DNA of 63,995 nucleotides, counting the filler, from Stramenopiles sp. TOSAG23-3 (lineage: Eukaryota): assembly GCA_900128585.1 (NCBI GenBank). It is 4 parts of 4 records of this genome, joined end to end, with 100 filler letters (N's around TTAATTAATTAA, not from the genome) between each part and the next. Parts side by side here need not be neighbours in the genome. Positions count along the whole stretch, not along the records: positions 1 to 16,361 come from LT642491.1; positions 16,462 to 32,812 come from LT642492.1; 2 more parts are not named here. One strand, given 5' to 3'. Within the stretch, counting starts at the first letter, position 1. Each line of letters opens with the position of its first letter. Positions 10,926 to 21,676 of this stretch are shown here, piece after piece. Made by a program: the position numbers and the translations under genes. The notes under the pieces were generated by a model. The model saw only the letters and a list, made by a program, of their open reading frames with translations. It was not told the DNA's origin and searched no databases.

Positions 10926-12882
10926 TCAATAACCCCCGAGTTGTCTCTGCTGAAACCCTTGTTCCCGAAGCAGCTGTTCCCGAAGGGCCCGGTTCTCGTT
11001 CATCAATCTCTCCTTATCTCTATTCGCCCGAGCAATCAGCAGCCGCTTTTCGTCCATGAACTGCCTCCATTGTCCCCGAGAAAGGGCTGGGTCCCTGGTC
11101 GAGGACAGCTGGCTGACGCCTCTCTCCAATGGGACGCTCTGTGGAGACGTCCCGTACGCGGAGTCCACGGCGCCCTCCTCAAACGCTGAGAGTGTCCTGG
11201 CTGCTTTGAGTCTCTTCTTCAGTTGCTCCACCTGCTCCTCCAGGCCCATGATGACTTCATCGCGCGGTGCCTTGGGGAAAACGGCCTGGCCCTGCATCTC
11301 CATGACCTTCTTGTTCAGAACGTTCACCATTTCCTCCAGCCTTTCCATCTCATTGCGGTGCTTTCCCTTCAATTCATTTATGTACCTTCGGTGCTCGGCG
11401 TCGTTCTCCCGAATCTTTTCCTCCCGGAACTTCACCTCTTCCATCAAACGCGCCTCCACGTTTTCAGAGTTCCCCGCCAGCCTCTTCATGTACGCATTTT
11501 GGTACTGCTCCTTCTGCTCCAGCGCCGCCTCTAACTGTTTGCACCTGGCGTCCAACTTTCGCTCCCTCCCCGTCGGGCCCGCCGCCACTGGCGCCGGCTC
11601 CCGCGGCCCGAGCCCTGCAACGTTCACCCGGGGTTCCGGGGGCTTCACCGCCCGCATCTCCTCTAGGTGGGCGATAAGGGCCGGCCCTACCTCCTCGTAG
11701 TCTATCCCTTGCGAAATACAAATCTCCTTGACTGCTATATGAACGTCCTCCCCGGGAAGAACCGTGAAGGTGTGCCCCCCGCTCGCATTCCCAACCCTCG
11801 GCACCGGCCGCTTCGCATACTCGATCACGTCGTCCTCGGGCGGGATGGGCTCCGCTGCCTGCCCGCGGGCCTGGCCCTCCCCGCCCGTCTCCGCGGGAGG
11901 CATGGGCGGCGGCGGTGGCGGTTGCCCAAGCGCTGCTTCGGCTTCCTTTATTGCCTCTTCCGTCGCTTGGAAATCAATTTCGGCGGTTCGGCCGTCGTCC
12001 TGGGAGGCCGGGGGGGTCGACGCTTCGACTTTCTCCTCGGTCCCGAGCTTTGGGGCCACGTCGTCGCTGTTCGGGGATGCGAAGAAGTTGCTCGGCGACG
12101 AAAAGCGCCCCCCCTGGGACGGTAGTTGCGGCTCTGCCTTCCGAGCACGGAGGGTCCGGACTTCGATCACGGCCCCGTTGTGCAGGCCAAACTCGTACCC
12201 CTTGAAATCGTCCCGGAGCGTTTCCCCGTCGATGCTCATGCTGATCTCTGCCGGCGCCGCCTGGAGCGTATCGGAGAACTGCTCTTTGATTTCCCCGACA
12301 GTGAGCTGCTCGGCCTCCTCTTCCGGTATTGCGACCTCGAACCGTCGCTCTTCCCCAGGCGCCCCGCCCATCACTTTCAGAAAGAAGCAGACATCAGCAC
12401 GCTCCCCACCGTCTCCCCCAAGTTGCTGAAACGAGTTGATGTTGCTATCGTAGTCTGGGTAATCCGAGTCTCCCTCCCCGTCGTCGTACTCGTCGTAGCC
12501 CTCCCCGTCCAGATCGGATCCCCCCCCCGTCGTCCTCGTGTTTGATCTTGTTCAACACGCCAAGCGTCTGCTTCAGCTTTTGCATCCACTGCGTCTTTTC
12601 GTGGTGGCGTGCGGCGCAGAGGTGGTAGATTCGGCCGCTGTTCATGTCCTTTAGCCGGAAACCGAACTCCGTCCGCTGCTTCAGGGCCATGGAAGGGTCC
12701 GCCGTAGCGAACACGTCGAGCATTTCTACTTCTAGCTTGTCCTTGTAGTTCTTCGTCCCTTTCGTCTTCTTGTACCCGAGCTCAAAATCTTCCAAGACAA
12801 AATACCGCCTTCTCCAGTGCCGAGCCTGACGGTCAGTCTTCCACAAATAACCCTCCATCGTAGGGGATGCACGGTCTCCCAT
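10926..12882 (-). CDS. PH domain + ubiquitin-like domain + coiled-coil protein, split by a frameshift at the G9 run (12520-12528)
   Basis: PH motifs EGYLWK...WRRRYFVL...EKTQW. The downstream frame is open from 12527 to 10926 (GSDLDGEGY...FFLKVMGG...LTVGEIK...DGETLRDD...GLHNGAVI, UBL-like). Confidence 0.75.
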
Positions 12883-13065
12883 GGCGTGCGGTGCAACGTT
12901 GGGAGGGGCAGGTGCAACTTCGTTTCAACCCGGATGACTCGCCGACGGACTTCGCTATTCGCTACTACTGCTTCTACTACTGCAACTCAAAAACGCAAAC
13001 GGGAGGATAATAACGAACTCAAAATGCGAACGAACGAACACGAGACAAGACAAAGTTATAACAAA

Positions 13066-13525
13066 CTCTCTCTCCTCGTCTTCTCTTCTTCTTCTTCTTC
13101 TTCTTCTTCTTCTTCTTCTTCTTCTTCTTCTTCTTTCTTCTCGTCTCAACTCTCAACTCTCAACTCTCTCTTCTTCTTCTTCTTTTTTCATTTTTCATCA
13201 AATATTATAATTAATATAATCACATCATTAATATAATCATCAATAATAATCATCACTCAACTCCTCTCTTCTTCTCTTCTTCTTCTGTCTTTCTTTCTTT
13301 CTTTCTTTCTTCTTCTTTCTTTCTTCTTCTCTTCTTCTTCTGTCTTTCTTTCTTTCTTTCTTCTTCTTTCTTTCTTTCTTCTTCTTTCTTTCTTCTTCTT
13401 TCTTTCTTCTTCTTTCTTTCTTCTTCTTTTATGATTTTTTCTCTTTCTTCTTCTTTATTTCTTTTGTCTTTCTTCTGTCTTCTGTCTTCTGTCTGATTCT
13501 TGATTCTTGATCTTTTCTTCTTCTG
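13066..13525. repeat. (TTC)n and CT-rich low-complexity tracts
   Basis: Directly visible. Confidence 0.9.
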
Positions 13526-13633
13526 ATTTGTGTTAGGGTTAGGGTTCATATGATCTTCTCTTTTCTTAGTTCAGATTCTTAGCTTAGGGTTATGACTTAG
13601 GGCTTAGGACTGGAGATACAAAATAAGCCATGA

Positions 13634-13808
13634 ATAATTAAGGATATGTGTATATATAAGTATCAATGCTATGTGTATATAAAAGATGTATATTTTATCT
13701 CTTTTTTATTCTATTTAGTTATAAATAAATATCATCCTAAATATACATAAACATATCATTTCAAATGGTCTGATATAATTATCTATATAAACACATATCC
13801 TTAATTAT
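13634..13808. mobile_element. MITE-like element with 25-bp terminal inverted repeats
   Basis: 13634-13658 and 13784-13808 are inverted with 24/25 identity. A homologous copy lies at ~47398-47603. Confidence 0.7.
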
Positions 13809-14347
13809 ATATTTTCATCTTAAAATCCTTTTATAGTTTTAAGTTATAATATATTATACCAAACAAAACACTTTCAATGATTTATATATTATTACTATGT
13901 ATAAAAAAGGGATTAATATTAAATACAATGTAACTAACGCATACCCTTCCTTAACAAAGAATACTTGTCTGTCTGAAGAAGAAGGAAGGAAGGAACATTT
14001 TATTGTTGTTGCTCATGTTGTTTCAGTTGTATCGTGTGTATATTCTGTTGGTTTGTTGTAAATGCTCATGTACTTTTGGCGCGCGCGTCGCGAATAAATT
14101 TCCTTTCAAAGAAGCAAAAAAAAGAATCAATCAACAAAAAAACTATATGAAGGTTAAATTTATAAAGAAAGAACTTATAGTGAATGAAAACAAAGTAAAA
14201 GAACCATATCGTCCAAGTACAGGAACATTTATATATCCATACATTAAGAGAAATACACACAACGCACAGACACGACGAGAACAATCACTTCTTTGCTTGC
14301 ATCCACGAGACCACTCACTCATTCAGATACATACACACGACAACACC

Positions 14348-14677
14348 ATGAGTTTCGAACCGTCCAAATCCAGTTGCAGTGCTGAAAAGATCCAAGAATT
14401 CTTGGAGCTCCAAGCGTCCGAAATTTCGATACAGGATGTTCCAGGGGTTGGGCCAGCGTTTGCAAGGGACGTGAAGGACAAAAAAGAGGTAACTACATGT
14501 GCCCAGCTTCTTGGACAATTTCTTTTGTTTGTTGCAGCGGATACGGACACGACCGAAGTATGCCAGAAGTTCTACGACTGGTGTAAGTCCGTCAATGGGA
14601 ACGCAAACGCTCACTCCATCACTTTCTCCATAGCGAGTTATGCCGAAAAGAAGGGGCTCTTTAACTACGAGCTCTGA
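14348..14677 (+). CDS. Barrier-to-autointegration factor (BAF/BANF1)-like protein, 109 aa
   Basis: EKIQEFL...IQDVPGVGP...QLLGQFLLF...FYDW aligns with human BAF QKHRDFV...VGSLAGIGE...VVLGQFLVL...FREW. Confidence 0.75.
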   Translation: MSFEPSKSSCSAEKIQEFLELQASEISIQDVPGVGPAFARDVKDKKEVTTCAQLLGQFLLFVAADTDTTEVCQKFYDWCKSVNGNANAHSITFSIASYAEKKGLFNYEL

Positions 14678-15017
14678 GCGCGAAGTTCGGAAGCGGCGAC
14701 TGAAACGAAGGACGCAGGCGAATCGTGCATGTTACTATTACCGTACACATTGTAGTAAGATAAATCATACTGTAGTGGGCGCGGTACATACATGTTGAAG
14801 AGATGGAGGAAAGGCGCCGCCATGCACCGTACTTTGCGCGTGTTGCTGATAACAGCATGTTTCGTTTTAACTCCCTATACGTTCGTTTGTGATATCATAC
14901 CAAACACTTGAAGTTAAAGAACTTTTACGAAATTTATGTACGAATTACTCCTCGTGCGTTTTGAGTTCGACTTCTACACTGTACACCTTTGGGCCACTCT
15001 CTCTCCCCTTCTTCTCA

Positions 15018-16181
15018 TTAACCCTGCAAGCTTTCAATCCAACGCCGAAACCCGGTGATGGCGTTCTCCAGGCTTGTCGCCCCATTCACTTGCAGCCACG
15101 GGGACCCAATCAAAACGTTGGCAGGCAGCCGCTTCTCGGGCTCCTTGAAGACGCATTTCTCCACAAACTCGTTGAACCCTCTGCTGAAACCGTCCGGGAG
15201 ACCCGGCGGGTCGTTCTCCAAAATGGTCTGGACCATCTCAATGTACGTGCAGCTCTCCGGGTCTTTCCCGCTGTACGGGTACGACCCCGTCGCGCACTCG
15301 ATCAAGACCAGTCCCAGGCTCCAAATGTCGCTCACGTAATCGTAGCTCTTGTTTCGAATCCGCTCCGGGGACATGTACTTGAAGGTCCCTACGAACGTGG
15401 CGCACATGGCATCGCTGTCCCCAAGGGCCCGTGAAAGGCCAAAGTCGCTCAACTTGACGACCCCACTGCTGTTGATGAGGACGTTCGAGGGTTTCAGGTC
15501 GCGGTGGAACCGTTTCAACATCTCTTTCATGTACTGCAACCCATAGCATATTTGATACGCAATGTGGGCCAGGACACCCTCGCCCAGGGGCCCCACCTGG
15601 TGCAGCACGTTCGCCAACGACCCCCCGTCCATGTATTCCAGCGCAATGCTGATCGTACCGTCCCTGTAAAACGCCCCAAAAAAACGGACCAGCGCAGGGC
15701 AGGACGCGTCGTACAAACACTCGATCTCGCGCATCAGCTGGTCCCGGTTCCCCTTGTCGAACATGTTGACTACTTTCAGCGCGAGCATCGTCCCTGAGGG
15801 AATGTGCTTCGCCTGCTGGACGTAGCTGCTCGCCCCCCGGCCAATTACCTCCCCAACCGTCAGCTCGTCCGGGTTCACAACGAACGCCTTTTCACTATCC
15901 CGCATCTCCACCCTGGTCTTGTTGATTGCAATGTCACCTTTTATAAACAAGGATTCGGTGACGTCGTAAGACGGGGCCTCCACGCTGTTCGATATTTGAA
16001 CAGAGAGCCCGCGTCGCTTTGAACCCCGCGGACGCGCAGACGCAGACGACGACGAAGCCGACTTGCTTCCCGCGCCGGCATGGGAAGAACTAACCTTCCA
16101 GGAGTCCGAGTAATCGTCGTCCGACATTGCTTCGTCAACGTCGTCGCCATCGTTGAACTTGGAGTCGAACTTTGAGGCCAT
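15018..16181 (-). CDS. MAP kinase kinase (STE7 family, plant MKK3-like activation loop)
   Basis: IGRGASSYV, ALK, HRDLKPSN, DFG and AMCATFVGTFKYMSPER are present. Confidence 0.92.
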   Translation of the reverse strand: MASKFDSKFNDGDDVDEAMSDDDYSDSWKVSSSHAGAGSKSASSSSASARPRGSKRRGLSVQISNSVEAPSYDVTESLFIKGDIAINKTRVEMRDSEKAFVVNPDELTVGEVIGRGASSYVQQAKHIPSGTMLALKVVNMFDKGNRDQLMREIECLYDASCPALVRFFGAFYRDGTISIALEYMDGGSLANVLHQVGPLGEGVLAHIAYQICYGLQYMKEMLKRFHRDLKPSNVLINSSGVVKLSDFGLSRALGDSDAMCATFVGTFKYMSPERIRNKSYDYVSDIWSLGLVLIECATGSYPYSGKDPESCTYIEMVQTILENDPPGLPDGFSRGFNEFVEKCVFKEPEKRLPANVLIGSPWLQVNGATSLENAITGFRRWIESLQG

Positions 16182-16361
16182 GGTGGTGACGTGGCCAAGA
16201 GAATAGAAGATCGCAGAGGCTAGACAATTTAGGGGCTGTGATGAATGACGAACGGGAAATGAAATGTGAGACTTGAAAAAGAAGAGAGGCAGCCATTTTA
16301 TCTACAAAAAGACTTTTGATACTATACTTGTTACTTGTTACAATTGAAGAAGAAGAAGAAA

Positions 16362-16461
16362 NNNNNNNNNNNNNNNNNNNNNNNNNNNNNNNNNNNNNNN
16401 NNNNNTTAATTAATTAANNNNNNNNNNNNNNNNNNNNNNNNNNNNNNNNNNNNNNNNNNNN
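16362..16461. other. Artificial contig linker
   Basis: N44-TTAATTAATTAA-N44, which gives stops in all six frames. Confidence 0.98.
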
Positions 16462-16463
16462 AT

Positions 16464-19400
16464 AAGGATGTGAACACATGGGACAATCTGACGCAAGCCC
16501 AGTTTGAGGTCACTGCCGCGGCCGTGGCGCAAGGTTACAGTGACACGCTGGACCTGTTTGAGTCAATGGTGACGATGACGACAGTTCCCCAGAATTTGGA
16601 AGGGATAGAAGACTACTGCCCGTATGATTGGTGGAACGAGACCGTTCAAGGCCAAAGCATTATGTGGAAAAACGACCCGTGCTGTAATTGGGAACTGCGC
16701 CGAGTCCAGTGCTGTAAGCCAAAAGATATACAAGGGGCGCCCGTCTCTGTGATTGGGAGCGTGGACATGGACGTTGTTCGCTCGTCGTGCCGGACGCCGG
16801 GCAAGGTGCAGAATTTGTTGAAGGACGTCAGTGAGAGCATTCGCTCTGCCAAACAGTGTGCTGCAGACCTCAACGATGAAGTAGGCGCAAATGCACTGAA
16901 CTCATTGTGGGAGTTTCGCGAGGCGTGCGAGAAGAAGATTGGGTACCACGGTGCCGACCAGATGGACGGAAAAGGCGAATGCAGCACAGACGCGGACTGC
17001 TTTTGCACCTATACAACCTGCGGCAGTGAAGGAAAGTGTATCCCCAATTACGGGACAATGGGAGAGTGCTTCTCGCAATGTTTTGAGGTCGAATCCCCCG
17101 CCAGACTCGTACGGTTTTTAAAATTGGAGTGGAACATTTCCTCGACAGACGCCCCGCTGAAGTTTGAAAATATGTTCGTGGAAAAGATGACGGAGCCGAC
17201 ATGCATGGGCGACGAGCGCTGGCATCACGATATCGGCTGGAACCGAATGGAATGGCGTTGCAATGCAACTTGCCAGAAGGGTAACCTGTGCCACAAACAC
17301 TCGGTTTTCGATGCGTACAGAAACGAATGCGAAGAGGCTTGTCGTGCACGCAATGGCCATCACTGTTGGGAAGCGTGCTCTCCGTGGCAGAGCGAGGCGG
17401 TGTGCACGAGCGTAGCCCTCCGTGAATACGTGCCAAACTTTAATACCACTTGGATAGCGAATTCTGACGGGAACGGCGGTCAGTGCGAACCGTCAGGGCT
17501 GCAAACACCGTGCGGTTGCGACCACTGCTACGAGCCATGCCGAATGAAGGAGGCGTGCGAGGCAACGTCGAACAATGGCGGGGGCACCTTCTTCACCCAC
17601 AGCTCGAACGAACCTTGGGGGCAGTGCTGCCCGAACGGCAAATTCATTCATACAAGGACTACGACAGACCATAACAGCAACCAAGTCGAGTACAGGGAGT
17701 GTAAACAAATGGCGATGGGGACTCCTGAAGGCTGGAGTGTTAGAAACGAAGCATGCTGCAGGAGCTTTAAGGGGACATGGAACGGAGCGCACCAGCACTG
17801 TTGCTTTGGACTGCTAAAAACGGAATGCGATTGGAAAGGAGAGTGTGACACGCATTGCGAGGAGCACGTTCATACATGGGAGTCATGCGAACAATGCGCC
17901 GAGACCACCTGCAAGCATGCGGATTGCAAAGCATGCGAAGAGAAAAGCCACGCCTGTTGCGGGGAGACGCTTGTGACCGCGAACAAGACAGCGTGCTTGA
18001 GGTACACCAAATGCAACGATCGATCTTTGTCCCACCGGCTGAAATTCCCGTCCCAGTTTCACGCCGACACCCCGGGCAAAAGCGCCGACTACCGCAACGG
18101 CGCCGCCTGTGGCGCGTTTACGGATGCGCAGGCAGCGAACCAAAAGACGAAACTGTACGACAACATGGGGACCTGCATGCAGTGCTGGGGTAACCACTGC
18201 GAGAGACGCTCTAGACCGTTGCAGTGCATCCTGGAGGAGATTGAAGGCACTAGGGCAACAAAGAGTTCATGCGAAAGTGCTGGAAGAACATGGCTGGTGC
18301 ACGATTGGTGCAGGGCCGGGGACACCTGCCATGGGGAGTGCAGAGACCTGGATCCAAGTGTCGTGGACGCTACAACGTGTTATCAAAGGAACGTTAACTT
18401 CAGCGCAGCCCCTGGTGCTGTATTCAGTGCAGCCCAGGTAGGGATGGCGTGTAGTAATGCGAGTGAACCGCAAGAGTGGAGGAAGAACGAAATTGCAAGG
18501 CGGTCCGCGGACGGGCAGTACCATCCGCCGAAGTATTACTTGGGGGAAGGGCGGTGCAGCCGTGGTTGCTACCGTGAGGCGGAGGAGCCGACGGGATCCG
18601 AACAGTGCGCTAATGGATTGCATTACATCCATGGCGCAGATGTATGCTGCAAGAATTCGTATTGGTATCACTGGGAATCGAAATCATGCAAACGAGACAG
18701 TAACACCTGCGATGACTCAACAGAGACCCGAATTTTAAACCAGGTGCGGTACCGCCCCGCTAAGTATCTGACAGAAGACGAGTGTGCCCTCGGAACCTGT
18801 GCCGGGAGTCTGCGAGACACCGAACACTTCGCGATATGGTCAAAGGAGGACTGCAAAGCGTATTCAAAGCCGTACTGTGACAGAGGCTGTCCGAAGTGCG
18901 TTGCACTTGGCAGATACGACCCGACACTGCAAAACAGTGTTGGCCAGTCCCAGACGTTTAAATATAATTCAACAGGTTCAACAACCTACCCTACTGTTAG
19001 TAACGGTGTGAACCATATTGGTGGCTGGGAAAAATTTGAATGGGTCGGCAGCAATGGCGCATGCTTCGATTGGTCCAACAATTTGGTCACAGATGAGCGC
19101 TACGCACGGGGGAAAACCGAGTGCGAAAGTGTTTACGGCTTGACGTGGTATTCGTGCGAGGAGCAACCGTGGAACTCTAGCTGTGCTACGAGCTTACCAA
19201 CGGCTATTCAAGAGGTGCTTATGTGTAAATCGGGGGGAGAGCACGGACATTGGTGGGAATCATGCCCGACCGAGGAACTGTGCTCTGCTCGAGGGGAGTG
19301 CCGGGGAGACGGATCATGGGACTTCGGAAGTGCGCGAGGGTGCAACGACGGGGGTTGGGAATTCGGAGCATCTCACTGGGGACGAAAATTTGAAACGTCT

Positions 19401-21632
19401 ACCGAAACGATTGGCACTGGTGACACGGCAGAGACTATATCAATCAATCGTGAGGTCCACAAGAATTGCAACGATCAGCGTTGGGGAGAAAATGGCGTGT
19501 GCGTCGATGCTACCGTAGACCTAGCTACCTGCCCGGAGTGGTTGCGACACCCGAAAGGGTGCCGCGTCGATGTCCCATGGATAAGTGTCGACGGACGACA
19601 ACAACAAAATCAAACACACTGTGAAGTCGTTTTAGGGAAGTCATGGTTTGGTCGACTAGATACCAAGGGTGAGTGTGAAGCTGTGATGGGCTGCAAAGAG
19701 CGATACCAATGGGGGTACACCCCAAAGCTCCAAGCAAAGTGCTCAGAGTGTGGAGGTGACTGGGAGCCTCAGTACTACTGGAAAGGCGGGAATTGGAGAG
19801 GCGGCGTAACCGAGGGCTTTCAGTGGGAGAGCCAAGGTGTGCGCATTGCCCCGGCGAATGTATGGACGGGGAGTTTCTCAGAACGGAAAATGAAAGCAGA
19901 GCTACAGAAACCGCTGATGAAAATGTTCGCCGAGACGAAGAAGTCACAGTCGTTGCTGTTGCTGAATTCGTACTTGCCGAGCTTACGGACAATCGCCTGC
20001 GACTGCGGCATTGAAAACTTTGGTTCAAGTTGCTGGGAAGTAGACAATGCATCGTCCGTTGTCTCCGTGGGCACGTCCTTTTGCGGGAATGACGCGAACT
20101 TAATGCAAGGGGGTTGCAGCAAGGTGGAAGTGAAGCAACAATGCACCAGCCGGCGGAGGCGCCGTTTGCTTGCAGCCGGGGGCAATGGAGAATCGTTAGA
20201 GCTTTCATTTGGGCACATATCCGCGGGCTTGTTCTCGCAACCTATCTGCACCGAAACAGGAAGCGAGGAAACGTGCACCTGCACGTCGGATCTGGCGGAC
20301 GGTAAACTGGAGACCATAGGGGCCAATATTAAAAATGCCGGTGGCGTGACGATTGGTCAACTTGCCGGCGATGGAATAGAATTCATCGCACCAAATGCAT
20401 TCCCGGACTCGATTGAAAAGTGTCTAAATTTCCGTACCGATATCCGAACACGCCGCGACTTATTTAACACCAGTGATATTGCTAAACAAAACACCGATGG
20501 GAGTTTTGTGACCCTCAACTACGGCGATTTCGGGGTCTGCAACTCTGCTGCGGGGTGCAGTTCAATATCCCAACAAAAAATCTGTTTCAAAGCAACTGCG
20601 GCTGGAAAGTATTTCCCCATACTAAGGCGACACAAAGAGAGTAGCACAGATACTGGCGCCTGTTCGATCTCTGGCTTCAACGCCGACAGAGGCGTTTGCT
20701 TGTCCGGGGCAAACGAGAAACGTTGCTTTTGCGGCTACTACGGTCTGAAGTGCGACAAAGGGTGCCCCAACTCTTGCGATACCAATAATGCAAAGACCAG
20801 CCGGTGCAATGCCAACACACACGCATGCACATGCCCACCTACGCACACGGGGTCAGACTGTTCGCTGCTAGACTGCGCATCCGACAACAACGGAAACGTA
20901 TGTTACAACCACGGTACTTGCAAGCTGATCAGCGGTGCCGCAACGTGCGAATGTAACAGTTTGTACACCGGTGCCGACTGCAGCACATTGGTAATCACTC
21001 CAAAAAGTGCCGATAATGGTTACCCGGCGCCGTCGGGGCTGACTGGAATCGATGGAATGGCATTTAAATTTGGTTGGAGCTTTCCTTCCCTGTTGATTGC
21101 AATTATTCTTTGGATTATAATTTGCACGCCGTGCTGCCAAGTTGCCTGCTGCTTTTACTGCCCCTGCTGCTGCCGAAAAAGGCGAACTTGTTGTTGGGCA
21201 GAGAAAGGCATCTGTGCTTGCAAGTGCTGCCATACACACTGTGAACAGCATGCATCCCGCCTTGGGAGCCATGCCCAACTGGTAAAGCACGCGTACTTTA
21301 CGAAATTCGATGCAAACCACGACGGTCTGCTTGACGCGCACGAGCTTAAAATTATGTTTTGGAAACGATTCGGGGCGATAACAAACGAAGCCCAAGTTGG
21401 TGTTCTCATTGCAAAATTCGACGGTGACAATGATGGAAAGCTAACGGAAGAAGAGTACCAGAAGATGATTCAAAGTTTGGAAGACGCTGACACGAAACAC
21501 AACACCGTAATGTTTCGGAAAATATTGGAAGAACTCCCCGAAACCGCCGGCATGGGAAAGGAAGTCGAAATGGTCCAGACCAATACTTACGTCGAGAAGG
21601 ATGTCGAAATCGTAAATGAAGTTACTATTTAA
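16464..21632 (+). CDS. Giant cysteine-rich single-pass membrane protein (5' truncated) with EGF-like repeats, a TM segment and two cytosolic EF-hands
   Basis: Open frame of more than 1720 aa. EGF-like CTCPPTHTGSDC and CECNSLYTGADC; RRRRRLL at 20151; TM LLIAIILWIII; EF loops DANHDGLLDAHE and DGDNDGKLTEEE. Confidence 0.85.
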   Translation, partial: KDVNTWDNLTQAQFEVTAAAVAQGYSDTLDLFESMVTMTTVPQNLEGIEDYCPYDWWNETVQGQSIMWKNDPCCNWELRRVQCCKPKDIQGAPVSVIGSVDMDVVRSSCRTPGKVQNLLKDVSESIRSAKQCAADLNDEVGANALNSLWEFREACEKKIGYHGADQMDGKGECSTDADCFCTYTTCGSEGKCIPNYGTMGECFSQCFEVESPARLVRFLKLEWNISSTDAPLKFENMFVEKMTEPTCMGDERWHHDIGWNRMEWRCNATCQKGNLCHKHSVFDAYRNECEEACRARNGHHCWEACSPWQSEAVCTSVALREYVPNFNTTWIANSDGNGGQCEPSGLQTPCGCDHCYEPCRMKEACEATSNNGGGTFFTHSSNEPWGQCCPNGKFIHTRTTTDHNSNQVEYRECKQMAMGTPEGWSVRNEACCRSFKGTWNGAHQHCCFGLLKTECDWKGECDTHCEEHVHTWESCEQCAETTCKHADCKACEEKSHACCGETLVTANKTACLRYTKCNDRSLSHRLKFPSQFHADTPGKSADYRNGAACGAFTDAQAANQKTKLYDNMGTCMQCWGNHCERRSRPLQCILEEIEGTRATKSSCESAGRTWLVHDWCRAGDTCHGECRDLDPSVVDATTCYQRNVNFSAAPGAVFSAAQVGMACSNASEPQEWRKNEIARRSADGQYHPPKYYLGEGRCSRGCYREAEEPTGSEQCANGLHYIHGADVCCKNSYWYHWESKSCKRDSNTCDDSTETRILNQVRYRPAKYLTEDECALGTCAGSLRDTEHFAIWSKEDCKAYSKPYCDRGCPKCVALGRYDPTLQNSVGQSQTFKYNSTGSTTYPTVSNGVNHIGGWEKFEWVGSNGACFDWSNNLVTDERYARGKTECESVYGLTWYSCEEQPWNSSCATSLPTAIQEVLMCKSGGEHGHWWESCPTEELCSARGECRGDGSWDFGSARGCNDGGWEFGASHWGRKFETSTETIGTGDTAETISINREVHKNCNDQRWGENGVCVDATVDLATCPEWLRHPKGCRVDVPWISVDGRQQQNQTHCEVVLGKSWFGRLDTKGECEAVMGCKERYQWGYTPKLQAKCSECGGDWEPQYYWKGGNWRGGVTEGFQWESQGVRIAPANVWTGSFSERKMKAELQKPLMKMFAETKKSQSLLLLNSYLPSLRTIACDCGIENFGSSCWEVDNASSVVSVGTSFCGNDANLMQGGCSKVEVKQQCTSRRRRRLLAAGGNGESLELSFGHISAGLFSQPICTETGSEETCTCTSDLADGKLETIGANIKNAGGVTIGQLAGDGIEFIAPNAFPDSIEKCLNFRTDIRTRRDLFNTSDIAKQNTDGSFVTLNYGDFGVCNSAAGCSSISQQKICFKATAAGKYFPILRRHKESSTDTGACSISGFNADRGVCLSGANEKRCFCGYYGLKCDKGCPNSCDTNNAKTSRCNANTHACTCPPTHTGSDCSLLDCASDNNGNVCYNHGTCKLISGAATCECNSLYTGADCSTLVITPKSADNGYPAPSGLTGIDGMAFKFGWSFPSLLIAIILWIIICTPCCQVACCFYCPCCCRKRRTCCWAEKGICACKCCHTHCEQHASRLGSHAQLVKHAYFTKFDANHDGLLDAHELKIMFWKRFGAITNEAQVGVLIAKFDGDNDGKLTEEEYQKMIQSLEDADTKHNTVMFRKILEELPETAGMGKEVEMVQTNTYVEKDVEIVNEVTI

Positions 21633-21676
21633 AGCTGAGCGCGAGCGGTGATAGCAACGTCGATAAGAATAATCAT

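Noticed and set aside
13533-13608. TTAGGG-like repeats (also ~41426-41444 and TTAGGATTAGGG in the module variant)
   Set aside because: Only 2-4 degenerate units, too few to call a telomere or a telomere-targeted element.
14074-14088. E2F-like TTTGGCGC site upstream of the BAF-like gene
   Set aside because: A single short motif that could occur by chance.
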